A stretch of 64,000 nt of DNA, from assembly GCA_000830275.1 (NCBI GenBank), contig CP010424.1, forward strand, positions 1,071,311-1,135,310, written 5' to 3'. Made by a program: the position numbers and the translations under genes. Of this stretch, positions 1-7,821 are shown piece after piece (positions within the stretch are counted from its first letter, which is position 1; each line of letters opens with the position of its first letter). A model generated the notes under the pieces. That model worked only from the letters and a program-made list of their open reading frames with translations, was not told the origin of the DNA and searched no databases. This DNA is from an archaeon GW2011_AR10 (GTDB taxonomy: Archaea > Iainarchaeota > Iainarchaeia > Iainarchaeales > GW2011-AR10).

Positions 1-327
1 AAGGTTTTACAGCTACGAGCTGGCAGAAGCACTAGACTGGATTCAGGCAAGTGTTCTTCAAAACTTCAAAGATTTTGCAGAAAAACAGGGCTCAAAGCAG
101 ATTCACCGCGATTCGAGCAGGGTTTTTGTCAAAACAAAAACCCCACTTCTGCTAGTGGAAAGGTTTTCCTCAAAGCAAGGCATTCCAAGGCCATTGGTAA
201 AGAAAACCCTAAAAATAGCCTCCTTCGGCTGAAACCTTTTAAGAAAAGGTTTGCGAAAAGGGGCCTTCGGCTGAACCACGGCTTGTCAGGCATAAACGAA
301 GCTTTTTTAATTTTTGTATAGATAATT

Positions 328-564
328 ATGTTCTATAAGCTGATTTTAGCGATCCCTATGGAAGTTCTTACGAGATTCGAGAAAACTAGGCTGATTAGTG
401 CGCGTGCACTCCAGTTATCTTTGGGGGCGCCCCCGTTCTTGAAGGCAAAAAAGGGGATGTCAATGCTTGATTTGGCTAACGAGGAGCTTAACGCAAAACT
501 TATTCCTTTGGCTATTTTAAGGCAGTTTCCCAGCGGAGAAGTAAAAAAAGTAGAGGTTTTTTGA
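328..564 (+). CDS. rpoK: DNA-directed RNA polymerase subunit Rpo6/K (omega-like)
   Basis: Motif TRFEKTRLISARALQLSLGAP matches the Rpo6/RpoK core (tkFErARiiGaRAlQismGAp). The true start is probably the internal Met at 358 (MEVLTRFEK...). Confidence 0.6.
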   Translation: MFYKLILAIPMEVLTRFEKTRLISARALQLSLGAPPFLKAKKGMSMLDLANEELNAKLIPLAILRQFPSGEVKKVEVF

Positions 565-747
565 TTGGGCAAAGCGGTTCCAAAAAACATTAAGGCAAGG
601 GCAAGGTCCTTAATGGAGGCATTTCCTGATGTGTTTTCATCAGATTTTGAGAAAAACAAGGAGTTCTTGAATTCGCTTGGCTTGCCTTTCTTTAAGTCAA
701 CGCGAAACAACGTTGCTGGCTATATTTCAAGGCAAAAGCACAAGTAA
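565..747 (+). CDS. rps17e: 30S ribosomal protein eS17
   Basis: TTG start abutting the rpoK stop. The sequence MGKAV..IKARARSLMEAFPDVFSSDFEKNKEF...RNNVAGYISRQ follows the S17e pattern (G..R..IKR.AR.L.E.YP..F..DFE.NK......RN.iAGY). Confidence 0.65.
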   Translation: MGKAVPKNIKARARSLMEAFPDVFSSDFEKNKEFLNSLGLPFFKSTRNNVAGYISRQKHK

Positions 748-749
748 AC

Positions 750-2813
750 TCATTCAATGCCTTGGCTGACAGGCACGGTTACCCCATTTTCGTCTTTTTC
801 TCTTTCAAGAATGTAGAGGGTGCTGCTTGCAGCATTGGTCATTTCCCTGTCATGGGTTATGATAAAGATTTGCTCCACTAATTCAGGCAGATGCTCTTTC
901 ATCATTTTGCTTAAACCTGAGACAGTGCTGCTGTCAAGGTTGTGGGTTGGCTCGTCTAGAATAAGCCAGCCAAGGTTCTGGGTTAAGACAAGTGAAACCG
1001 CTATTCTAACGGTTATTGCAGCTGCAGAGCGCTCTCCACCGCTTAATATGCCTTCAGTGTTCACCCACTTTCCATCCATTTCCTTAACCTCAATTTCATA
1101 GTTTCCTGCTTCATTTATGTGAACTCGTGCACTCACATAGTCATTGTAAGGGTAAATTCTGGGCCATATGTCCTCCATTGCATCATTTACTGCGTCAATC
1201 AAAGTTGTCCTCAGCTCTGTTTGCGCAGCCCTCAGCGCGTTAATGAACAGCGAAAACTTTTCATTTGTCCCCTCAATTTCCTTGGTGGTTTCCTCCAGCT
1301 CCCTGATTTTTTCAAGCTGTTGTTTCACTGCCTTGATGTGCTGGCTTAGTTCTGCTATAAATTCTTCATCCAAAGAAATCTCTTTTCTAACCGAACTTGC
1401 TGACTCTTTTAATTCAGTTGCAAGGTTGCGTTTCTTCTGCAGTTTTTCTTCATCAAACTCAAGGCCACTCAACTGCTTTTCAAGTTTCTCTTTTTCTTCT
1501 TTTAGGGCAATTGCTTCTTGCTGTTTTTTTCCAGCGTTTTTTGCCTTTTCCAGAAGCTCCCGTAGTTCAAGTCCATGCTCCTTTAATTTTTCAATTGCTT
1601 CTTCTTTCAGCCTGATATTCTCCTCGTTTTCTGAGATTTTTTCCACAGCTTGTTTTTCCTTTCTTTCAACTGTTTTCATTTCCTGAATAATTTTTTGCCG
1701 TTCAGCGTTGTTTTCATCAATCAACTCTTTCTTTGTGTGCTCTTCGAGTTTCCTCCTGCACACAGGGCACTCGGCTTTTGCTTCAGCCAATCCAACTGAA
1801 GACTCTTTAAGCTCAAATGCTTTCTGTTCTAACAGCCCTTTGCTCTGAAGCAAGTGGTTCAATTCTTTTTGCAGCAACTTTTCATTCTCCTTCAGTTCCT
1901 TTGCCTGCTTCTCTTTTTCTGCGACTTTTATTTTCAGCTCCTTGGAATTCGCTTCAATTTCTTCAAGGCTCTTTCCCATAGTTTTTGCCCTGATTTCTTC
2001 AAGGCTTTTCTGTGTTTCCTCTATTTTGGTTTCAGTTTTAACAATCAGTTCCTTAAAGAACTTGAACTCTTTCTCCTTTTTCTCCATCTCTTCCACTGCT
2101 TTGCTCACTTCAAGCAGCTTGGATTTCTTTTGTTCCAGCGATTTTTTAAGCTCGCCTATTTTTTCTTCTTTCTCTTTTCTTTTTTTCTCGGTTTCCTCCA
2201 GCTGCTTTGAGTCAAATGACTTTCTTTGCTCTTCAACCCATTTTTTTCTTTCCAAAACATCCCTTTTCAGCCGGTTCAAAACGCTTATGGCATTGCTTCT
2301 TACTCTCTCATACCGGTTCAGCTGCAGCAGGTCATCAAACTTTTCTTTCCGCTGCGAAGCATTAAGCTTCAAAAAAAAGTCTATCTGGTTTTGTTCAGAG
2401 TATACGCCTCTGCTGAACAGCTCGTAAGGAATCTCGGTTAACTCCTCTATTTTTCTAGTGACATCAGTTGGTTGCGGTCCGGCAATAAGCCGGTCTTCCT
2501 CAAAAAGCTTCGCTTGGTTAGAGCCGTGCCTTTTCACTATTCTTTCAACAGAATAATTCTTCCCGTTGTAGTCAAACCCGACTTTGATTATGGATTCGCT
2601 TTGGATTGTTGGCTTTGCCATTATAATTTCTTCCAGCTTCAATGCCCGTGCATTCAGTTCAGGAAAAGTCCCATACAGGGCAAAAGAAATCGCGTTCATA
2701 ACTGAGCTTTTTCCAGAGCCCATTTTTCCGATTAAGACATTTGTGCCTTTGCCAAACTCAAACTCTGACTTGGCGTGACTGCGCCAGTTCTCCAAATAAA
2801 CTCTCTTAATCAT
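750..2813 (-). CDS. rad50: Rad50 ATPase (SMC-like DNA double-strand break repair)
   Basis: N-terminal Walker A GKMGSGKSS; a long charged coiled coil; a central CPVC zinc hook; C-terminal LILDEPTHNLD (Walker B/D-loop). The ORF track starts at TTG 2840, but a Met at 2813 (MIKRVYLENWRSH...) fits the conserved Rad50 N-terminus. No mre11 gene is adjacent. Confidence 0.75.
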   Translation of the reverse strand: MIKRVYLENWRSHAKSEFEFGKGTNVLIGKMGSGKSSVMNAISFALYGTFPELNARALKLEEIIMAKPTIQSESIIKVGFDYNGKNYSVERIVKRHGSNQAKLFEEDRLIAGPQPTDVTRKIEELTEIPYELFSRGVYSEQNQIDFFLKLNASQRKEKFDDLLQLNRYERVRSNAISVLNRLKRDVLERKKWVEEQRKSFDSKQLEETEKKRKEKEEKIGELKKSLEQKKSKLLEVSKAVEEMEKKEKEFKFFKELIVKTETKIEETQKSLEEIRAKTMGKSLEEIEANSKELKIKVAEKEKQAKELKENEKLLQKELNHLLQSKGLLEQKAFELKESSVGLAEAKAECPVCRRKLEEHTKKELIDENNAERQKIIQEMKTVERKEKQAVEKISENEENIRLKEEAIEKLKEHGLELRELLEKAKNAGKKQQEAIALKEEKEKLEKQLSGLEFDEEKLQKKRNLATELKESASSVRKEISLDEEFIAELSQHIKAVKQQLEKIRELEETTKEIEGTNEKFSLFINALRAAQTELRTTLIDAVNDAMEDIWPRIYPYNDYVSARVHINEAGNYEIEVKEMDGKWVNTEGILSGGERSAAAITVRIAVSLVLTQNLGWLILDEPTHNLDSSTVSGLSKMMKEHLPELVEQIFIITHDREMTNAASSTLYILEREKDENGVTVPVSQGIE

Positions 2814-2854
2814 TAAACGGTAACCCCCGTTCGGCTGCAAAGTCAGCCGGCACC

Positions 2855-2956
2855 TTGTACGTGTCCTTCCTTCGGAAGGACGGTAGTTCGTTCTCAGTTT
2901 GCAAGTTGTACGTGTCCTTCCTTCGGAAGGATGGTAGTTCGTTCTCAGTTTGCAAG
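2855..2956. repeat. Tandem 2 x 51-bp structured repeat (family-1 hairpin element; 7-bp stem GTCCTTC/GAAGGAC with CUUCG loop)
   Basis: Two near-identical 51-bp units (2855-2905, 2906-2956), one mismatch in the stem. A related GTGCC..GGCAT hairpin follows at 2957-2990. The spurious ORF 2806..3078 translates this repeat (NLQTENELPSFRRKDTY twice). Confidence 0.8.
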
Positions 2957-3063
2957 TTGTGCCGTGCGTTGCATGGCATTGGCCTGCCTTTTAGGTCTCG
3001 CACAATTGGTGTCATAACTAAAATTATAGCAAAACGCTTAAGTAATTGAACATTGAACTTGCG

Positions 3064-3120
3064 TTTTGCATCTAGCAAACAGCAATAAAAAGTTCAAAAA
3101 TATAAGCTGTTTGCTATAGT
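3064..3120. promoter_or_regulatory. Family-2 palindromic element TAGCAAACAGC-N22-GCTGTTTGCTATA upstream of rad50
   Basis: Perfect 11-bp inverted arms at 3073-3083 and 3106-3116. The same arms occur at 49283-49293 / 49316-49326 upstream of topA. Confidence 0.6.
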
Positions 3121-3133
3121 AGTTAAAATTATT

Positions 3134-3397
3134 TTAAAGTAAGGTCATCTGCTCTAATTCTGCGTCCTCAACGGTTTTTAGGGCCTTTATTTTGCTTGTT
3201 ACGTCCTCGATTGCCATTTCATCCTTTTCTGGCACCAGCACGCCAAGCTTTAAGACTTCAATTCCAAAGCCTATTGGCTCACGCTTTACATCCTTAACCT
3301 TGCAGTTCTTCAGCTGCCTTAAATCCTGCTCGGTTTCAGCTAGCTTTTCTGGGTCCTTTGGTATGACCTTGAAAACCGCAAAAGTGCTTCCAACCAT
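3134..3397 (-). CDS. Translation elongation factor aEF-1 beta
   Basis: An 87-aa acidic protein; AVFKVIPKDPE...REPIGFGIEVLKLGVLV matches archaeal EF-1beta (vikVmPesPe...eepiAFGLkalkl.vvv). Confidence 0.75.
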   Translation of the reverse strand: MVGSTFAVFKVIPKDPEKLAETEQDLRQLKNCKVKDVKREPIGFGIEVLKLGVLVPEKDEMAIEDVTSKIKALKTVEDAELEQMTLL

Positions 3398-3481
3398 AAA
3401 CTGCGACCTCCGTTTTAACTGAAACCGCAGTTAACTAAAACTTTGGCAACTGAAATATGTTTAATTATTTCTTTCGCCAAA

Positions 3482-3610
3482 GTTTTACACGGTGTGCCAT
3501 ACTCCTTTCAGTTGTATGGCACTGGCTCGGCTCTTGCGAGCCTCGCAAAATGGTAACCTCAATTTACGAGGTGTGGCATTTTCAGTGCCACGTGCTCGTT
3601 TCACTCGCAT
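3482..3610. repeat. Two family-1 hairpin units (GTGCCAT..TTTCAG..ATGGCAC; GTGGCA..TTTCAG..TGCCAC), each preceded by TTTACAC/TTTACGAGG
   Basis: Direct sequence inspection. Stems of 6-7 bp with conserved TTTCAG in the loop; the TGGCTCG motif is shared with the copy at 59590-59610. Confidence 0.65.
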
Positions 3611-3621
3611 AAATTAACCCA

Positions 3622-3777
3622 TTATGGGCCAACAAACCCGCATTTCTTGCAGGTGTAAGTTTTAGAGGTTGCCCGCGCCTTATGTGAGCGCACAATCCAT
3701 TCTTCAAAACAGCCAGGGCACCTGAATTCCACAAAGTCGCCGATGACCTGCGTGTTAGTTGTACTGCAAATCTTCAT
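3622..3777 (-). CDS. Zn-ribbon protein (COG2888-like), conserved neighbour of aEF-1beta
   Basis: C-terminal 51 aa MKICSTT..FRCPGCFEEWIVRSHKARATSKTYTCKKCGFVGP with two CxxC pairs. The 94-aa track ORF (to 3906) has a non-conserved N-terminal extension running up to the tRNA gene, so the internal Met at 3777 is used. Confidence 0.5.
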   Translation of the reverse strand: MKICSTTNTQVIGDFVEFRCPGCFEEWIVRSHKARATSKTYTCKKCGFVGP

Positions 3778-3910
3778 TTCAATCAAACCAAAGTTTAAAT
3801 AATTAGGGTTATACGTAATTCCTATAGAGTATCCTTTAAAAAGCTTTGGCGGAGCCACTTTTTTGCAAACCTTTTGTTGAAAAGGTTTTGGTGGAGCCAG
3901 AGCCAATAAA

Positions 3911-3984
3911 GGGCCTATAGCTTAGTGGACCAGAGCAAACGGCTTCGGACCGTTAGATCGGGGGTTCGAGTCCCTCTAGGCCCG
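3911..3984 (+). tRNA. tRNA-Arg (anticodon TCG)
   Basis: Hand-folded cloverleaf: acceptor GGGCCTA/TAGGCCC, D-stem GCTT/GAGC, anticodon stem AACGG/CCGTT with loop CTTCGGA (U33, anticodon TCG), T-arm GGGGG-TTCGAGT-CCCTC, discriminator G. No encoded CCA. Confidence 0.8.
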
Positions 3985-3985
3985 T

Positions 3986-4044
3986 AAAAACGGAAAGCTC
4001 CGTTTGCGAGCTGTACGTGTCCAACTTTCAGTGGGACGGTAGTA
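3986..4044. repeat. Family-1 element immediately 3' of tRNA-Arg (AAACGG-AAAGCT-CCGTTT hairpin, then GCGAGCTGTACGTGTCC..TTTCAG..GGGACGGTAGT)
   Basis: Near-identical to the copy inside the tRNA-Gly intron (59297-59358) and to the tandem units at 2855-2956. Confidence 0.7.
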
Positions 4045-4097
4045 CTGCTTCAGCCAGCGAGGTGCCTGTAAAACGGAAAATATTTAAAATTTGAGGA

Positions 4098-4781
4098 ATG
4101 AAAATGCCGCGGCCAAGAAAAAGATTGGAAAGGAAAAAGCCAGTTTATGGTACAGGGGCGATGGAGGGAGTAGAGTCAATAGTAAAAAGACTTAAAGGAA
4201 GAAAACTTGTTCACAAAGTATTCCGTTTGGGTTGGCTTGAAAAACACCTTGATTTTGGCGGAAATTTAAGGTGGATTTCTGAAAGATATGGAACAATGAT
4301 GCAAGACGCAAGAAGAGACTCCAACCTAATGGGTAGAAAAAGTCTTCATACAATTCCGCCAAACCAGTGGAAAATGTCAACCTTTATATTGGCAGGCCAT
4401 TCGGTGGATGTAATTAATACTGCAAGAAGGCTTGGAATTCCAACGCCAAAAGTTTTTAGGTCAGTTTTGGTTGACAAAAAATATTACGCTATCGAAATGA
4501 GTGACTTATCGAAGCGCGGCACAACTATCCTTGCTGGTCATCAGCTAAATTACGCACAGTATCAGAGAGGCATAAGCAATTATGAAGAATTAATGCGACA
4601 AATATGGGGGGATACAGAAAAATTGGGCAAGGCAGGTTATGTGGAAAGCTCACAACACTTACCTTTTGGGGGCTGGCTGATCAGAGTTAACAATAAAACC
4701 AAGATTGCGGAACGGTTCTTTGTTGATGCAACAAACTTCGTTTACATAAAAGAACCAGAAATTGTAAAAAAGAAAAAATGA
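4098..4781 (+). CDS. Hypothetical protein, possibly a degenerate RIO/Bud32-like small kinase fold
   Basis: 227 aa. Weak resemblances only: a Gly-rich GTGAMEGVES segment followed by a VHKVFR lysine, LAGHSVDVINT, FVDATNF. Not confidently assignable. Confidence 0.3.
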   Translation: MKMPRPRKRLERKKPVYGTGAMEGVESIVKRLKGRKLVHKVFRLGWLEKHLDFGGNLRWISERYGTMMQDARRDSNLMGRKSLHTIPPNQWKMSTFILAGHSVDVINTARRLGIPTPKVFRSVLVDKKYYAIEMSDLSKRGTTILAGHQLNYAQYQRGISNYEELMRQIWGDTEKLGKAGYVESSQHLPFGGWLIRVNNKTKIAERFFVDATNFVYIKEPEIVKKKK

Positions 4782-4782
4782 T

Positions 4783-6180
4783 TCAGTATTCCCCGAATTC
4801 CTCTTTTCCTTTAAGGTAAGAGGAGAACCATTCCTTGAATGCCTTGTTTTTATTGTAGAAAGCCAAGACTTTGGGGTCAGCCATTACTCCTGACCTTTTC
4901 TTTAGTGCCCTTGCAATATTGGCTTTTTCAGTCTGGCTCAATTTTTTCAGTAGTTCCTTCAGGAAAATTGTTGCAACCCAGTGCTTTCTTTCAATTTCCA
5001 CAACCCATCTTCCATGTTCAATGCGGGGCCCACTCAACGGGTTTTTGTGAAATTTCAGGAATCTTTCGCTGTGCGGTTCATTTGTTACTTCAGGCCCAAC
5101 TCTTTTAGCTGCTCTTTCCAGCTTGTTGGACTTTAAGTCAAAAACTATCACTGCATGCATTTTTTCATCAGTCCACTCAGATGAACGCAGAACCGCAAAC
5201 TCTTTTCTTTCAAGCTCGTTAACAATTTTTTTCCGCATTCTTTTCAGCTGCCCCCAGAAAACATCTGAAACAGTTTTTGCAGGGTAAGAGAACTCTATTA
5301 CAATCAGGCCCTCTTTTTCAATGAACTTTTTTGCCTGTGCTGCAGTCAAAGTCTTTGCTTTCTTTCCGAAGAAAAAATTTGTGGAAGGCTTTTTCAGGAA
5401 AGCCCGCGCAGCAGCAATGACTCTGGAGAACTGGTTCAATGAGAGTGCAGCGGCAACGTTCCTGTTTTTGTCAACAGGGTCAACTACAATTAGTGGCGCT
5501 CCAAACGTTTTCCTTGCATAATCTTCAGCTAACTGTTTTTCAATGTCAATAACTTCTTCTTTCTCCCATTTTGCAACTGCTTTGATAGTGCTCTCAAAGT
5601 CCCCGTAATTCAGAATAAGCAGCTCCGTTACATAGCCCGGAACAGAGCTTGTCTTAAGCTCCGCGCCGTACGCCTTAACCCCTTTCAGGAATTGCCTTAA
5701 CAGCCTTACCTCGTCCTTTTGTTTTTCGCTTAATTTTTTTTGAAGGTAAGCGTTGTGGAACGGGCTCCTGTCAACAGCGCTTTTTTTTGATTCAGTGCCA
5801 GTTATTTTGTAGCTTGGCACAATGTCCACTTTGAAACCGCTTATCTCGCCCCGAATGTAGGGGTGCTCTGAGTAAGCTTTCTCCCACTTGTGGCCCCTGA
5901 AAACTGCCTTTCCAATCCTCAGGCCCTCTCGTTCAAATTCTTTCCTTGAATAGTCTTCAGGGAAAAGAACAAAAATGTCAATGTCTCTGTCACCTTTCAA
6001 ATGCGTGCCCCGTGCAAGGCTTCCCGCGAGCAATACCTCAACCTGCCCTCTGCCAGTTTTCCTTACTTTTTCAATCAGCTTTCGCGAAAAAATTTCCTCT
6101 TCCAAGATTTCTTTTTTGCTTGGCTTGATTTTTTCCAGGACTTTTGCGAGAAGCTGCTTTATTTTAATCACCCAAATCAA
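4783..6180 (-). CDS. cca: CCA-adding enzyme (archaeal class I tRNA nucleotidyltransferase)
   Basis: GSLARGTHLKGDRDIDIFVLFP nucleotidyltransferase motif (GS...DxD); 465 aa, the typical archaeal CCA enzyme length. Confidence 0.75.
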   Translation of the reverse strand: MIWVIKIKQLLAKVLEKIKPSKKEILEEEIFSRKLIEKVRKTGRGQVEVLLAGSLARGTHLKGDRDIDIFVLFPEDYSRKEFEREGLRIGKAVFRGHKWEKAYSEHPYIRGEISGFKVDIVPSYKITGTESKKSAVDRSPFHNAYLQKKLSEKQKDEVRLLRQFLKGVKAYGAELKTSSVPGYVTELLILNYGDFESTIKAVAKWEKEEVIDIEKQLAEDYARKTFGAPLIVVDPVDKNRNVAAALSLNQFSRVIAAARAFLKKPSTNFFFGKKAKTLTAAQAKKFIEKEGLIVIEFSYPAKTVSDVFWGQLKRMRKKIVNELERKEFAVLRSSEWTDEKMHAVIVFDLKSNKLERAAKRVGPEVTNEPHSERFLKFHKNPLSGPRIEHGRWVVEIERKHWVATIFLKELLKKLSQTEKANIARALKKRSGVMADPKVLAFYNKNKAFKEWFSSYLKGKEEFGEY

Positions 6181-6244
6181 GTAATAGATTATAAATAGTA
6201 GAATATCATTAAATATAATGGTTTAAGAGTTTGCTTGGAAAGCG

Positions 6245-7816
6245 GTGGTTTTTTTGGCTTCTTCGTTGAAAGAAATTAAAGGAGTTAAAGTTGATTCCTA
6301 CGGTGAAACAGAGATATTTGAGGGCTTCCCTGTTTTTTTCTACTCAGTTGTTCAAGCCCCTCTATCAGAGCAGGAAAAAAACATTGCCTCTCTTTTAAGG
6401 AGCCTGATTGTGGGCAAGATTTCACTTGATGCAGCGCAGCAAAGTTCCGCACTTAAAATCGGCTCAGATTTCTTGGCAGAATTTCAGGACAGGATAATCA
6501 GCACTGTAAACTACAAGGAGGGGCTGAGCAAAATCATGTCCCCAGAGGACTACGATGCATTAAGGGTTGATCTGATTGCCTTGCTTAAACAGTTTTTTCC
6601 TAATCTGAAAAATACTCCTGAGCTGGTGAATCAGGTGCTGGATGCAACGGTTGGCTATGGCAGGATTTCTTCGCTGATGCGTGATTCAGAACTGGAGGAA
6701 ATAATGATTAACGGGTTCGACAGGCCAGTTTTTGTTTTCCACAAAACATTTGGGATGTGCAAAGCAAACCTTGTTTTCCAGAAAGGCCCTGAGCTGGAAC
6801 TATTAATCAACAAAATTGCCAGCACTGTGGGGAAAACATTTGACGATTCAGGCCCGCTGCTGGACGCAAGGCTGCTTGGCGGTAACAGAGCCAATGCAAC
6901 TTATCCATTAGTTACGCCTTTTGGCCCATCGCTTACAATCAGAAAGTTCACTAGAACCCCGCTATCAATAATTGACCTTATTGCGAACAGCACTCTATCC
7001 AGCGAGCTTGCAGCATTCCTTTGGGTTATGGTTGAAGGCTTAAACATTGAGCCAATGAACATTATAATTACCGGCGGCACCGGCAGCGGGAAGACAACAA
7101 CTCTTAATGTGTTGAGCTCTTTTATACGCCATCAGGACAGGATTGTTACAATAGAGGACACTCTTGAGCTTGACTTGGGCAGCCGAGAGAACTGGGTTCA
7201 GCTTGAGTCAAAGCCTCATTCCCGTGAGTCGCCTGAGGTGACAATGGATGACCTGTTAAAGAATGCTTTGAGGATGCGTCCTGACAGGATTCTTGTTGGA
7301 GAAGTTCGTGGCTCAGAAGCAAGAACGCTGTTTGTTGCAATGGACACTGGCCATCAGGGCAGCATGGGGACGTTGCACTCTAACAGCAGCAGTGAAATGA
7401 TTCTGAGGCTGAAGGCTGAGCCCATGGGTGTGCCAGAAGCAATGATTCCGCTGCTTGACCTCATCGTCGTTCAGTACAGGATGTACATTAAGGGAAAGGG
7501 CATTTTGAGGAGGATTGCACAGGTTTCTGAGGTTGCTTCAATGGAAAAGCAGGCCCTGCTCAGCAACGTTTTTGAGTGGAACCGCTCAGTTGACAAGATT
7601 GTTAAGACAGACATTCCAAGCCATATAATGGAAAAGCTGGCCGACAAAACAATGAGAACCAAAAAGGAAATCAGCCGCGAAATTGACGTGAGGAAAAAAG
7701 TGTTTGATTGGATGCTCGCAAACAATATACACTCCACTCCTGATGTTGAAACAGTAATTCAGCGCTACTATTATGATGCTGAAACAATACTTGAACGGGT
7801 TGCAGCTGACTTATAG
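6245..7816 (+). CDS. Type IV pilus/archaellum-type secretion ATPase (VirB11/FlaI/TadA family)
   Basis: Walker A GGTGSGKTTTLNVL, Asp box, His box TGHQGSMGTLHSNS. A paralog of the intein-containing ATPase at 27102-30257. Confidence 0.8.
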   Translation: MVFLASSLKEIKGVKVDSYGETEIFEGFPVFFYSVVQAPLSEQEKNIASLLRSLIVGKISLDAAQQSSALKIGSDFLAEFQDRIISTVNYKEGLSKIMSPEDYDALRVDLIALLKQFFPNLKNTPELVNQVLDATVGYGRISSLMRDSELEEIMINGFDRPVFVFHKTFGMCKANLVFQKGPELELLINKIASTVGKTFDDSGPLLDARLLGGNRANATYPLVTPFGPSLTIRKFTRTPLSIIDLIANSTLSSELAAFLWVMVEGLNIEPMNIIITGGTGSGKTTTLNVLSSFIRHQDRIVTIEDTLELDLGSRENWVQLESKPHSRESPEVTMDDLLKNALRMRPDRILVGEVRGSEARTLFVAMDTGHQGSMGTLHSNSSSEMILRLKAEPMGVPEAMIPLLDLIVVQYRMYIKGKGILRRIAQVSEVASMEKQALLSNVFEWNRSVDKIVKTDIPSHIMEKLADKTMRTKKEISREIDVRKKVFDWMLANNIHSTPDVETVIQRYYYDAETILERVAADL

Positions 7817-7821
7817 GCTCA

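Noticed and set aside
1168-2441. Several plus-strand ORFs (172, 161, 118 aa etc.) inside the rad50 locus
   Set aside because: Antisense to a confidently identified gene; low-complexity S/F/L-rich translations typical of the opposite strand of a Lys/Glu-rich coiled coil.
2855-2956. Possible CRISPR array (tandem repeats here and at 50497-50612)
   Set aside because: Units are directly adjacent with no unique spacers and only 2-2.5 copies; no cas genes anywhere in the window.
2806-3078. 90-aa minus-strand ORF with internal NLQTENELPSFRRKDTY duplication
   Set aside because: It is simply the translation of the 2 x 51-bp tandem structured repeat; it overlaps the rad50 start and has no coding signature.
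3622-3906. Full 94-aa ORF for the Zn-ribbon protein
   Set aside because: The N-terminal 43 aa are not part of the conserved ~50-aa COG2888 Zn-ribbon and run to within 5 bp of the tRNA-Arg gene; the internal Met at 3777 was used instead.
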